Origin: Vicinamibacterales bacterium
Lineage (GTDB): Bacteria > Acidobacteriota > Vicinamibacteria > Vicinamibacterales > UBA8438
Assembly: GCA_965215155.1 (NCBI GenBank)
Contig: CBDCCY010000004.1
Location: forward strand, 990,151 to 1,054,150
Direction of reading: 5' to 3'
DNA length: 64,000 bases
Shown: positions 46,128 to 56,013 of the stretch, in pieces
Numbering within the stretch: the first letter of the stretch is position 1
How the letters are laid out: each line of letters opens with the position of its first letter
The notes under the pieces: model-generated
Databases searched by the model: none
What the model was told of the DNA's origin: nothing
What the model saw: the letters and a program-made list of their open reading frames with translations, nothing else
Translations under genes and position numbers: made by a program

Positions 46128-47704
46128 GCCTCGTCAGCAGAATCTGTGGGTGAGTTCTGGTTCGGGCAGGTCGCCAAGTGCATGATACAAAGCGACTTCC
46201 AGTGCCGCGGAGGTGCGGAAGCCATACGCCCGTTTGGTGATCACTCTGGCCTTCCCGTTGAAGCCTTCGACAATGCCACTGGAGAACTGCCCTCGGGCCC
46301 GGAACCAGTTCAGGATCAGGTCGCGGTGCGAGCGCAGCATGCGGGCCACCTCCTTCATCGGGTCGAGCCGCGAGCGCATCGTCCGAGTGCACCAGCGGTC
46401 GAGGAACCGGCCGGCCCAGTACGGCGACACGTAGCCCCACAGCGCTTGAAAGTCCTCCTTGAGCAGGTAGGCGCGAACCGTGCGCAGGTTGCGACGCACC
46501 AGCTCCGCAAGCCGGCCCCGCTGCTCGTCGCTGAGATTCTCCGGACGCTTGAGCAGGAGCCAGCGGCTGCGCTTGAGCACCGGCGCCCGGCCCGCGGCGG
46601 CGAGCTTCCGGGCCTCCGCCGCGCGCACCTCGTCGATCGCTTGCGAGAAATGGCTCATGATGTGGAAGCGGTCGAGCACCTGCACGGCCTGGCCGGCGCG
46701 CTCGGCAACCACCTTCAGGTAGGGCTTCCACATGTCCGAGCAGACGAAATACAGCGCCGCGCTGCGTGCGGGGCCGAACCAGTCGAAGAAGCCCTCCAAC
46801 GTCGCGGCCTTGCGTTCGCGGCCGACCCACAGCAGGCGCTTGCAGTGACCGTCGATCTGATAGACCAGCGTCAGGTAGCGTTGCCCGCGGCGGCGGGAGA
46901 GCTCGTCGACGCCGATGGCCTCGATGTTCGTGAGGTCGCGGTGCGCGAGGCCCCAGTCGACCGCCATGCGCACGGCCCGATAGACGGTGTCCCAGGACGT
47001 GGGGAACGCCGCGGCGACCTCCTGCCACGACAGACGCCTGGCCCACCCGGCGAGGAACCAGGCGTAGGCGTCGGTCAGTCGGTGCTTGCCGGTGGCCCAC
47101 GGCAGCGCCTCGACCCGTACGCCGCAGCGCGGGCAGTCGACGCGGCGCATCGCGTAGAGGAAGACCACGGGGATGTGCCACAGGGGCACGAAGTCGAAGC
47201 GCCGGACCGCCTGCGTGTCGTAGCCCGGGGCCCGGCGCCTGCACTGCGAGCACGTCGCGCGGGTCCCGGCGCGAGGCCGCACCCGAACCTCGAGGGTCAA
47301 CTGCGGGTGCTCCACCAGCCGCACCGTCTCGTAGATGAACGACGGGTGCTTCTGGACCCGATTCAAGATACTCTTGAGTTGCATCCCGTTCCCCTTCCGC
47401 GTCGCTTGGCTGCTGCAACACCAATTGTCGCGGATTCCGGAACGGGATGCGTTTCCGATGTCGAGGCTGCGTTCTGTGCTTCGGGACGGGCCATCGCCCT
47501 CCCGATACGGGCGTCGGGCATTTGGTCCTCGTCAGACGAGAGCCGGGGCGCTCGTGCGCGGAGCCGGCGTCCAGGCCGTCAGCCCCGCGCAGCGGGGGCG
47601 GAGCGGAGCGAAGCGCCTTGACGGCGGCGAGCACACGGGCACGCTGCCTCTTGTCTGACGAGGACTACCAGCCTCCGTTCTTACCCACAGATTCTGCGGA
47701 AGAC
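46128..47704 (-). mobile_element. ISL3-family insertion sequence
   Basis: The terminal inverted repeats are GCCTCGTCAGCAGAATCTGTGGGTGA (left) and TTACCCACAGATTCTGCGGAAGAC (right). They are flanked by the direct repeat CCGGTAATCG (46118-46127 and 47705-47714). Confidence 0.85.
46134..47384 (-). CDS. ISL3-family transposase
   Basis: The 416-aa protein has a zinc finger CSQCRRR...CPRCG. It also has ...IGVDELSRRRGQRYLTLVYQIDG...FVCSDMWKPYL...LDRFHIM...GIVEGFNGKARVITKRAYGFR. Confidence 0.9.
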   Translation of the reverse strand: MQLKSILNRVQKHPSFIYETVRLVEHPQLTLEVRVRPRAGTRATCSQCRRRAPGYDTQAVRRFDFVPLWHIPVVFLYAMRRVDCPRCGVRVEALPWATGKHRLTDAYAWFLAGWARRLSWQEVAAAFPTSWDTVYRAVRMAVDWGLAHRDLTNIEAIGVDELSRRRGQRYLTLVYQIDGHCKRLLWVGRERKAATLEGFFDWFGPARSAALYFVCSDMWKPYLKVVAERAGQAVQVLDRFHIMSHFSQAIDEVRAAEARKLAAAGRAPVLKRSRWLLLKRPENLSDEQRGRLAELVRRNLRTVRAYLLKEDFQALWGYVSPYWAGRFLDRWCTRTMRSRLDPMKEVARMLRSHRDLILNWFRARGQFSSGIVEGFNGKARVITKRAYGFRTSAALEVALYHALGDLPEPELTHRFC

Positions 47705-47887
47705 CCGGTAATCGTAGCTCTCCGTTGCCTTCCCGATATACACCAACCCGTCGTTTCTGATCCTGAGGCCGGCCTTGCTCAAGGCGGACTGACCGTCTTC
47801 GTCGGCGTACCAAGCGTAGATGCCTCTCTCCCGGTTGCCTTCGACTTCTGGGGCCGGCCTCGGTCGGCCAAATCCGTCTGAAGTCAC
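47705..47887 (-). pseudogene. GIY-YIG-like protein, N-terminal part
   Basis: The GTG start has a GTGA overlap with the upstream MBL gene. The sequence is ..ERGIYAWYADEDGQSALSKAGLRIRNDGLVYIGKATESYDYR, after which the frame runs into the IS end. Confidence 0.7.
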
Positions 47888-48957
47888 ACCGCGAAGTCCC
47901 GGAGATGGCAGGCGGAACCGAATCGCTCAATTCCCCACGACTCGTCCGCCCCAATCCGTCGGCGAATCCGCACAGCGTCTGGCGTAGGCGCCCTGCGGAT
48001 CCTGATGCCGGATTCTCGGACCGTGCGCTCGACCATGCGAAGCCGCCGCCGTGCCGGGATGGTCGAGTCGGAGGTTGCACTCACATATGCGTTCGCGGTC
48101 ATCTCCAGGATTTTGCGCTTGTCCTGGCGATTCGGCACAACGCGTCCACCTCGCCTCCACGGGGTGATGACGGCAACTGGCTCCGCCTCCAGCATGGTCT
48201 CCCACACGCGCGGCTCGTGGGCGCTCTCGGATCCGTGGTGCGGTACCTTGAACGCCGACGCCTTGCCGGGCGGTCGCGCGGTATTCTGGACGATCGTCGA
48301 CCAGCCGCCCCGCTCGAGATCGGAACCCAGCAGGACGGCGATGTCGCCAACACTCACCCAGAGCACGACGGCGGCGTCGTTGGGTGATAGGCTATGGACC
48401 CTCGTTTCGGATTCCCCTGCCCGAGGCAACCGACGCGCCAGATTCCTCAGGAAGCTCGAGAACGTTTCATCTGCCGGTGCAAGCGACCAGACTTGGCATC
48501 GATCCCCAGAGAGGATCGCCCGGTTGGCGAGGGCCCAAATCGGATCGGCGCCGGATTCCCGAAGTCGCGAGATCGTGCGGTGGATCTCCCGCACCCCAGA
48601 ACCGAAGGATGCGAAGTGACGACGTTCAAGAGCATGGACTGCAGTCAGAAACTCCTCATGGCAGAGCACGCTCGAACAGCAGAAGGCGGCATTGGTACAC
48701 ACTTCGACCATGTGCGCGATGCCGCGAATGTGATCGTCGTGCCAGTGCGTGGCCACAACCATAACTACAACCTCGGCTGGATCGAGAGCGAGACGCCGTA
48801 GGTACTCCAGGGCTGCTGGCGCATCGGCTCGGCCGCACGAGTCCACCAGGATCCACGCGCCGCCGCCGACGTGCAAGACGATGCTCTCGCCGTAACCGGG
48901 ACCCAGGAGCGTCAGCTCGAACTCGTCGTCCCGCGGGGGGGTGCCCAGAGCTGTCAC
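47884..48957 (-). CDS. MBL-fold metallo-hydrolase (ComEC-like beta-lactamase domain)
   Basis: The sequence has ELTLLGPGYGESIVLHVGGGAWILVDSC...VVATHWHDDHIRG...AFKVPHHGS. There is a GTGA overlap with the upstream gene. Confidence 0.8.
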   Translation of the reverse strand: MTALGTPPRDDEFELTLLGPGYGESIVLHVGGGAWILVDSCGRADAPAALEYLRRLALDPAEVVVMVVATHWHDDHIRGIAHMVEVCTNAAFCCSSVLCHEEFLTAVHALERRHFASFGSGVREIHRTISRLRESGADPIWALANRAILSGDRCQVWSLAPADETFSSFLRNLARRLPRAGESETRVHSLSPNDAAVVLWVSVGDIAVLLGSDLERGGWSTIVQNTARPPGKASAFKVPHHGSESAHEPRVWETMLEAEPVAVITPWRRGGRVVPNRQDKRKILEMTANAYVSATSDSTIPARRRLRMVERTVRESGIRIRRAPTPDAVRIRRRIGADESWGIERFGSACHLRDFAV

Positions 48958-49571
48958 CGATCGAACGCTCGCATCGTCTCACGCGCCCAGTTCCTGCCCT
49001 CCTGGAAGTCGCGTTCCGTCATCCTGGGAAGGTCGCGGAACACGATCTGGGACACCCGTTTCTTCGTCCCGGCCGGAGAGCGCTCGTACCCGATTACCCA
49101 ACGGAAGATACTGCCTACGCGCATGGCGGCGGCGTCGCCCTCTGCGATCTCAGCCAACGGTATGGTGGCTTCTTCCTCCTCGTGGGTCGAACCGACAGTC
49201 AAGTCTACGAGGCGCGCCAGCAGCTCGTCTCCGTTGATTTCAATGACGTAGCCCTCCCATTCTTGCAGGGCATGAAGCGTGGCCCGCCGCGGATGTGACG
49301 AAGGCTGCGGCGGAAGGCCGAAGACCGGAGCAGCACGTGAGAGGTTCCCGGCTCGATCGGTGAGGCGGCGGGTCGGCGTTTCTGTTGGCGCATCTTGCCC
49401 GACTGTACGGTTGGCTTCCATTTCAACCGGGGGCGTCAATGCCCAGCGAACGGCCTCGTTGGCCTTCCGAACGAGTGCTTGGGCGACGTCTGTGTCGGAC
49501 GTGTCTACTCGCGGAGTCGTGTCGACGCTGACCGCTGTCGGCGACTGGTTGGTGAGCGCAGGAGACGTCAA
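48954..49571 (-). CDS. hypothetical protein (disordered N-terminus, ~110-aa C-terminal domain)
   Basis: The TTG start overlaps the upstream stop (TTGA). The C-terminal part is LQEWEGYVIEINGDELLARLVDLT...IPLAEIAEGDAAAMRVGSIFRWVIGYERSPAGTKKRVSQIVFRDLP. I recognised no family. Confidence 0.6.
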   Translation of the reverse strand: MTSPALTNQSPTAVSVDTTPRVDTSDTDVAQALVRKANEAVRWALTPPVEMEANRTVGQDAPTETPTRRLTDRAGNLSRAAPVFGLPPQPSSHPRRATLHALQEWEGYVIEINGDELLARLVDLTVGSTHEEEEATIPLAEIAEGDAAAMRVGSIFRWVIGYERSPAGTKKRVSQIVFRDLPRMTERDFQEGRNWARETMRAFDR

Positions 49572-50266
49572 GATCCCTCCGATGACTTCGCTAGTGACAT
49601 GATGTGGTCGATGATGCCGTCGCTACGCGTAACGGACTCATCGAAGCGTTGATCCAGGATTCCGATCAACTCCGAGGTGCCAGACGCGGTCTCGGCAGCT
49701 GCGTAGTGGTCATTAATCTCGACAAACACACCCGAGCCGTCAGTGATGCGGTTGGATGGTTCGATCGTTATGTTGACCGAACCACCCGGGGATCGATCCT
49801 CCGGACGGAGTTGCGACATCTTCAGCGACGTCATGCCACCGTGGTCTCCGTCGAGTTCCAGCTTCTGCCGCCATTGCCCCCAGGGTTCGATTGGGGCCAA
49901 GGTCCTACCGATCCGGTCTCGCTCCGCCAGACTCCCGACTCGAAAGTGCACCTTGCGGTTGATGCCAAGTGCCTTGACGGGCGTATGATGCAGGTGTTCC
50001 CCGAACACGCGCACGACGAGGTCTCGCACCCGAACGTGCGGAGCTTGTGCGACGTCGGTAGTGAAACGATCGGTGGTGACCTGCAGGTAGAGCCAATCAG
50101 TCGAGAAAGCCGTCAGCTGCCGATGAGCGACCTCTAGCGTCGCGCTGTCGGCGGTTACCCGGGGCAGCAGGCGGTGCATCGCGAACCATGCAGGCGTGAA
50201 GATTGCCGGGTTGAAGTCGCCGAGGAGAACAACCCCCACGCCGCTGATCTCTGGTTCGATCCGCAT
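49568..50266 (-). CDS. hypothetical protein (about 232 aa)
   Basis: I chose the ATG at 50266. The sequence is MRIEPEISGVGVVLLGDFNPAIFTPAWFAMHRLL...LGINRKVHFRV...VFVEINDHY. It is vaguely reminiscent of TIGR04255-type proteins, but that is unverified. Confidence 0.6.
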   Translation of the reverse strand: MRIEPEISGVGVVLLGDFNPAIFTPAWFAMHRLLPRVTADSATLEVAHRQLTAFSTDWLYLQVTTDRFTTDVAQAPHVRVRDLVVRVFGEHLHHTPVKALGINRKVHFRVGSLAERDRIGRTLAPIEPWGQWRQKLELDGDHGGMTSLKMSQLRPEDRSPGGSVNITIEPSNRITDGSGVFVEINDHYAAAETASGTSELIGILDQRFDESVTRSDGIIDHIMSLAKSSEGS

Positions 50267-50484
50267 CAGGCCACCGCATTCACCAAGGTCGTGCTCGTCG
50301 CTCGGCGGGGTCCGCCCTGCCGGTCCGCGGAAGGGTACTCCAAGCACCCCGCCGACCGCACGTCGCACTGCGGACGTACGCCGTTGGAGTCGGAAGGCGT
50401 GGGGTGAGCCGGCGGCAGCGGCGCCCTCGGCAGGCCCGACTCCGGCGTTGCGGGAGCCGCACCCTGCCGCACCGCAGGAGAGCC

Positions 50485-51960
50485 TCAGGGTTCACGCTCG
50501 CGCTCCATCGCTCGCCGGCCGAGCCGTTGGAGGGCGCGGCCGAAGTGCGGTCGGAACCGGCGGTTCGAGGCGGTGGCCGCGTCGAGAGCTCGGTCGCGGC
50601 GGAATCCCAAGCGGCGCCGGGCGCGGGCAACGAACCGCGCGAACCGGCCGCCAGCCGGCGCGCCGAGAGGAGGCTCGGCGGCACTGGACTGGTCCATCCC
50701 CAGCCGCACGTCCAGCCGGCGTGCCAACTCGGCGAGTGCGTCGGCTGCCTCCGGCGCATCCAAGCCCTGCATGGCGGACAGCAAGCCGGTCAGCCACTCG
50801 GCGACCACCTTCCGCTCGTGCGGCCGCAGCGCCGCGAGGTCGGTCGTCGGCGCGGAGCGCGGGTCCGGCGCCCGGTCGGCGGCCAGGGCCCGGAGCAGCG
50901 TCATCTTGGCGAACTCGTCCGGGATCTGCGCCCCGAGGATCCGCTCGAGCAGCAGCTTGCGGTTGTGGTCCGATCCCGGGACGCACGCGTGGATGCGCAG
51001 GGCCTCGACGAGCGCGGTCCACTCGGCGCCGCGGTACGCGCGGCGCGGATCGTACGTCCGCGCCACGTGGACGTAGACGAGGGCGACCGACGTCTCCAGT
51101 AGCTCCTTGAGCCAGGTCTCGGCGTAGGACCGGACGACCTTCTCGCCGGCGCGCCAGGCAACCTGGCTTCCCACGGTCCAGGCGGCGAGCGTAATCGGGT
51201 TCGCGCCGAGGGCGAGCCGGGCCGCCACCGAGGCCGCGTTGAGGTAGGGCTGGTAGGGCGAGACCTTCCGGTACAGCTCGAGCCCTTTCTGCGCCTGCTC
51301 CAGCCGCTCGACCACGGAGCGGACCGACCAGCCTGCGGGGTCGACGTAGGGGACCTGGCTCACCAGGTGCAGCAGATCGCCGATCGCCGATCGGACCGCC
51401 AGCGCTATGTCGCCGGTGCGCACCTCGAGCACGGCGTTGTCCGACTGCGTGTGGTACAGAGCGGCGACCTCCTGCACGATCCCGCGAACCTCGGCGAAGA
51501 TGGCGCCCCCGTCGAGGTCGGTGACCCGTCCGTCCTCGCTGCGCACGTAGCGCCGCTCCCGGATGCCCTCCCAGACGCGCTCGCACCGGCGGGAGGCGAG
51601 CTCGGCCAGGCGGCGCTCGTCGTCTTCGAGATCGTCGGGTCCGGCCGGCGCCTGCGGACCGTCGTCCGCGCCGCGCCGCAGCCGCAGCTCATGGTAGGCG
51701 CGCTCGGCCGGTGATATCCCCCCCGCAAGCAGCCGGCCCTCAAGCTGCCGCAGCTCCGCGACGCGCCGGTCCAGGCTCCCGTCTGGAGCGAGGTCGTTCG
51801 CCGCGGGGGCTGAGCGGGGAACCGCGGCGCCGGCCGCGAGGAGCCCGGCGCCCAGCACGATGAACACGATCCCGGCGTCGACGGCGGCCGCCAGCACCAG
51901 ACCGATCCCGGCCGCGACGCTGGTCAGGCCGGCCGCGAGCCAGCCGACGCGCGTACTCAT
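50485..51960 (-). CDS. membrane-anchored hypothetical protein
   Basis: Two N-terminal TM helices (WLAAGLTSVAAGIGLVLAAAV / IVFIVLGAGLLAAGAAV) precede a large soluble region. I recognised no family. Confidence 0.65.
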   Translation of the reverse strand: MSTRVGWLAAGLTSVAAGIGLVLAAAVDAGIVFIVLGAGLLAAGAAVPRSAPAANDLAPDGSLDRRVAELRQLEGRLLAGGISPAERAYHELRLRRGADDGPQAPAGPDDLEDDERRLAELASRRCERVWEGIRERRYVRSEDGRVTDLDGGAIFAEVRGIVQEVAALYHTQSDNAVLEVRTGDIALAVRSAIGDLLHLVSQVPYVDPAGWSVRSVVERLEQAQKGLELYRKVSPYQPYLNAASVAARLALGANPITLAAWTVGSQVAWRAGEKVVRSYAETWLKELLETSVALVYVHVARTYDPRRAYRGAEWTALVEALRIHACVPGSDHNRKLLLERILGAQIPDEFAKMTLLRALAADRAPDPRSAPTTDLAALRPHERKVVAEWLTGLLSAMQGLDAPEAADALAELARRLDVRLGMDQSSAAEPPLGAPAGGRFARFVARARRRLGFRRDRALDAATASNRRFRPHFGRALQRLGRRAMEREREP

Positions 51961-51967
51961 GATGCCC

Positions 51968-54457
51968 TCAGAAGCGGAACAGGCGCGTGACCTTCACCGC
52001 GAGGCCGCGGTTGCGGAGCATGGTGTAGCGATCGGGCCGCAGCGGGTCGGTGTCGCGATCCTCGGTGTAGACGACGAAGAACTCGCTGCCGGGGCTGTAC
52101 TCCCAGCGCAGCCGCAGGTTCGTGCTGAGCGTCCCGGACGCGGAGGCGTACTGCAGCAGGCCGCTGAAGAACATGCGCGGGGTGAAGGTGTAGGTGACGC
52201 GCGAGAGGTACAGGTCGTTGCGGAAGCTCGCTTGCGGCATCTCGATCCAGTTGACGGACACGGTCGGCTCGATGGCGAGCTCGGGGGTCAGCGCCAGCCG
52301 GCCGCGGCTGAAGCCGACCGAGCGGATCGTGCCGTTGAAGTACTGGCCGGCGCGCACCCTGAGGATGCCGGTCAGTCGGCGCTGCGCGCCGATCGTGTAG
52401 CTGGCCTCGACGTCGCGGAAGGAGTAGCCGCCCACCGGGAGGGTCACGCCCGGGCCGGCCGCGAACGGTTCGAGGAGGAACTCGTAGCTGTCGACAGCCG
52501 TCACCCCGACCCGGTCGCTCGACTCGAACTCGGTGGAGAAGCCGATCTGCGCCTCCCTGCTCTCGAGGATTCCGGTGTCGGCGGTCTCGATGTAGTCCAG
52601 GCTCGCCTCTAGACGGAAGCGCCGCACGGCCTCTATCGACCGCGGCCGCGGGCTGAAGCGGGCCGTGGCGTAGGAGCGGCGAAAGTTGTCGCGGCGGACG
52701 AAACCGACCTCGGGCCGGAAGTCGGCTTCCACAACCAGATGCTCGGCCGAGAGGCCGTAGCGGTCCCCGGCGTAGGTGAACTGGCCTTGGTAGCTGAGGT
52801 CCCGGCCTTCGTAGCCGGGCGTGTCCGTCCGCGCAACGTATCCGACGAGGCTGACGTTCTCGTAGAACGAGAATGTGCCGTCGGCGCCGAAGACTCGGTT
52901 GGCGCCGTCCCCGGCGATCGAGACGGAGCGGTTCGTAACCAGTGCCCCGATGCTGCTTCGGCGCAGGACGTCACGCTTGATGCGCACCACAGTGAAGTTC
53001 GTAGCCGCGGCGCCGGCGCCGTGCGCCGCACCGGCGCCCGTCGCGCCTCCTGCGGGGTCGGCGGCATCGCCGGTCTGGATGCTCAACGCGCCGAGGTCGA
53101 AGGGGCCGATCTTCCCCGTGATGCGCCCGCCGCCCCGGATGGGCACCACCTGCCCGCTCTCCCCGAGACCGATCCGCCGCGAGTAGAAGAGCGTCGGCGC
53201 GTTGCCGCCGCCGGAGCGCCCAGGGCCGCCCCCGCCGATCTGGCGCAGCGCGCTGTCGCGCATGCTCGGGCCCCCGCCGCGCGCGAAGTCGAAAATGCCG
53301 CGCCCCTCCAGGAAGAACTCGCGCTTCTCGGGGAAGAACAGGTTGAAGCGCGTCAGGTTGACCTGCTGCTCGTCCACCTCGACCTGCGCGAAGTCGGTGT
53401 TGAGGGTGAGGTCGGCGGTGAGGTTGCGCGTGACGCCGTACTTGACGTCGAGGCCGCCGTCGGCGTCGCCGGCCGTGTCGAACGACCCGTCGCCGCCGCC
53501 GGCCGTCGTGCTTCCGCCGATGGCGTAGGGCTTGACGTCGAGCGCCCGGCCCGCCGCCGGCAGCTCCAGCCCCACGAGCTGCGCGGCGTCCGACACCCGG
53601 AAGAGCCCCCGGCGCCCGATCGAGATCGGCACCGGCGTGAGATATGTCCGCTCGTTCCTTCGGCGCACCAGCCGGCGCATCTGGACCCCCCACACCGGCG
53701 CTGCCTCCTGCCGGTAGCGGAGCGACTTGAAGGGGATCTCCATCTCGACGGTCCAGCCGCCGTCGAAGCGCCCGGTGCGCACGTCCCAGACCGGATTCCA
53801 GTCGCCGTTGGGGTTGCCCTCGTTCGTGATCTGGAAGTCGCCGATGGCGCCCAGCGGGTTGGTGTAGAAGGCGACGCCGTTGCGCCGGTCGTTGAAGGTG
53901 TCGAAGGCGACCCAGAGCGTGTCGTTCTCGCGGAGCTGGCTCGTGTCGCGCCGCATCTCGTTGGCCACCCACGCGTCGGGCGGCGCCGAGTCCCAGAGGC
54001 GGCCGGCGACGTAGACGTGATCGCGGTCGAACAGGATCCAGACCTCCGTCCGTTCGGTCCCCGGCGCCCCCTCGTCCGGCTCCTGCTGGATGAAGTCGTC
54101 GATGGCGGGGACCGTCTCGTAGACCGGTTCGTCGAGCCGCCCGTCGAGCCGCAGCCCGGTGGCCAACTTGACGGCGCGGACGGTGGCGCGCCGAAGCGCG
54201 TCGCGCGCGATGACCGCGGGTGGCAGCGGTGCCGCCGGCCGATCGACGGCCCCGGCCACCGCGAAGCCCCCGGTGCGCTGGCCCGGGGGCGCTTGGCCGA
54301 GGAACGGCGCCGCGGTCTCCCGCGGGTCGGGCGTGCCGGGGGCCGGCTCGGATTGGGCGCCTGCTTCCACTGCGACACCCAGCAGCGCGAGCCCTGCCGC
54401 AAGCGCAACCGACTGCGCGAACCGGCGAAGCCGACGAAGGTTGGGGCAGGGAGGCAT
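51968..54457 (-). CDS. CBM9-like/DUF5916 outer-membrane-type protein
   Basis: I chose the ATG at 54457, giving signal peptide MPPCPNLRRLRRFAQSVALAAGLALLGVAVEAGAQ. The sequence has ...LDGRLDEPVYETVPAIDDFIQQEPDEGAPGTERTEVWILFDRDHVYVAGRLWD.. and a beta-rich C-terminus ending F. Confidence 0.8.
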   Translation of the reverse strand: MPPCPNLRRLRRFAQSVALAAGLALLGVAVEAGAQSEPAPGTPDPRETAAPFLGQAPPGQRTGGFAVAGAVDRPAAPLPPAVIARDALRRATVRAVKLATGLRLDGRLDEPVYETVPAIDDFIQQEPDEGAPGTERTEVWILFDRDHVYVAGRLWDSAPPDAWVANEMRRDTSQLRENDTLWVAFDTFNDRRNGVAFYTNPLGAIGDFQITNEGNPNGDWNPVWDVRTGRFDGGWTVEMEIPFKSLRYRQEAAPVWGVQMRRLVRRRNERTYLTPVPISIGRRGLFRVSDAAQLVGLELPAAGRALDVKPYAIGGSTTAGGGDGSFDTAGDADGGLDVKYGVTRNLTADLTLNTDFAQVEVDEQQVNLTRFNLFFPEKREFFLEGRGIFDFARGGGPSMRDSALRQIGGGGPGRSGGGNAPTLFYSRRIGLGESGQVVPIRGGGRITGKIGPFDLGALSIQTGDAADPAGGATGAGAAHGAGAAATNFTVVRIKRDVLRRSSIGALVTNRSVSIAGDGANRVFGADGTFSFYENVSLVGYVARTDTPGYEGRDLSYQGQFTYAGDRYGLSAEHLVVEADFRPEVGFVRRDNFRRSYATARFSPRPRSIEAVRRFRLEASLDYIETADTGILESREAQIGFSTEFESSDRVGVTAVDSYEFLLEPFAAGPGVTLPVGGYSFRDVEASYTIGAQRRLTGILRVRAGQYFNGTIRSVGFSRGRLALTPELAIEPTVSVNWIEMPQASFRNDLYLSRVTYTFTPRMFFSGLLQYASASGTLSTNLRLRWEYSPGSEFFVVYTEDRDTDPLRPDRYTMLRNRGLAVKVTRLFRF

Positions 54458-54730
54458 GAAAGGCAAGGTGCAGGCAGATCGTATCCCGGTCGTTCCCAGG
54501 GGGCACGCCGCGGCGGTTTGTCGGTCGCTGTCGATCCGGCGTGCAGTGGCGACGGTGGGTGGGCCCCGAGAGTCCCCCTTGCGGGGCGCGGTGCAATCGC
54601 ATCCCGGCGGCAACCGGCCGGCCGGCTCGCGAAGGTTGGCCGGGCCGTTCCGGTCGCGACCCTCGCAAGGCGGCCGGGGCCGGAGGCGTCGCTATAATGG
54701 CCGGACTTCGACAAGAGAGGGGAGCCCGCA

Positions 54731-55735
54731 ATGACCAGACCTGCTCGCCTGTCGCTGTTCCTGGCCGGAGCCGCCTGCGCGGCCCTGCCCGCCGCCGGAC
54801 CGCACGCGCAGGAGCCGGACGCGCTCCCGCCGCTCGTGAGCGCCGAGCAGTTCGACCAGTGGCTGACCGAGCTCTCGAACTGGGGGCGCTGGGGTCCCGA
54901 CGACGAGCTGGGCGCCGCCAACCTGATCACCCCCGCCAAGCGGGCCGAGGCGGCCGCCCTCGTCACGGAGGGCTTCACCGTCTCGCTGGCGTCGAACGCG
55001 CAGAACTACCGCTCCGCCGACGTCCCCTGCCCGGTCGAATGGTCGATGACGGTGGCCAACCGCCGGGCCGCGAGCGACACGATCAATTACCCGTGCATCC
55101 ACGGGCCCGGCACGACACACCTCGATGCCTTCGCCCACGTCTTCTTCGACGGCAAGATGTGGAACGGCTACGACGTGGACGGCTTGGTGACGATGGAGGA
55201 AGGCGCCAAGAAGAACTCCATCATGGCCGTGAAGGACGGCCTGGTGACGCGCGCCGTGCTCTACGACATCCCGCGGCTGAAGGGCGTGCCGTGGCTCGAG
55301 CCCGGCACCCGCATCACCGTCGCGGACCTCGAGGCGTGGGAGGAGATGGCCGGGGTGCGCGTGGGGCCGGGCGACGCCTTCCTCATCCGCTGGGGACGGT
55401 GGGCTCGACAGGACGCCCTCGGGCCGTTCGACACCGGCCGGGAGGCGGCGGGTCTCGACAACAACGTCATCCCGTGGCTGAAGGAGCGCGACGTGGCTAT
55501 CGCCGGCTGGGAGACGCCCGGCTACGCGCCGCAGCCGGAGGGCGACCTTCCCCGCACCGCGCTCCACAACTTCGCCCTGACCATCCTGGGCATCCAGGTG
55601 CTCGACCGCGCCGACTTCCAGGACCTGGCCATTGCCGCTGCCGAGCGCAACCGCTGGGAGTTCATGATGACCATCGCGCCCCTGCGCATCCCGAACGGCA
55701 CGGGGTCGCCGGTCAACCCGATCGCCATGTTCTGA
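54731..55735 (+). CDS. putative cyclase/kynurenine-formamidase-family protein, secreted
   Basis: After a signal peptide the sequence has ..NWGRWGPDDELGAANLITP...GTTHLDAFAHVF...VLYDIPR...GDAFLIRWG.... Confidence 0.8.
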   Translation: MTRPARLSLFLAGAACAALPAAGPHAQEPDALPPLVSAEQFDQWLTELSNWGRWGPDDELGAANLITPAKRAEAAALVTEGFTVSLASNAQNYRSADVPCPVEWSMTVANRRAASDTINYPCIHGPGTTHLDAFAHVFFDGKMWNGYDVDGLVTMEEGAKKNSIMAVKDGLVTRAVLYDIPRLKGVPWLEPGTRITVADLEAWEEMAGVRVGPGDAFLIRWGRWARQDALGPFDTGREAAGLDNNVIPWLKERDVAIAGWETPGYAPQPEGDLPRTALHNFALTILGIQVLDRADFQDLAIAAAERNRWEFMMTIAPLRIPNGTGSPVNPIAMF

Positions 55736-56013
55736 TGCGTTTCCGGTACGGACGCCCCGGGCGGTGGCTGCCCGCGGCTGACACGCGGGTGTCGTTCCGC
55801 CGTGGCTCCCCCGGCCGGTGCCCAGCGTCCGCCGCCCGGGGGGGCGACGAGACGGAGCGCCGACGGGGCGGCGTCCCGCAGTTCAGCGCAGGACGTCGAC
55901 TCGGCATCGCGGTGGGCGGCAAGCGATGCCGCAGATCTGACAATTAACATTCTTCGCGTTTATTCTATTCTGCGAACAGTGCACATTGGCGGCGTCGCCC
56001 GTGTACTGTTGGG

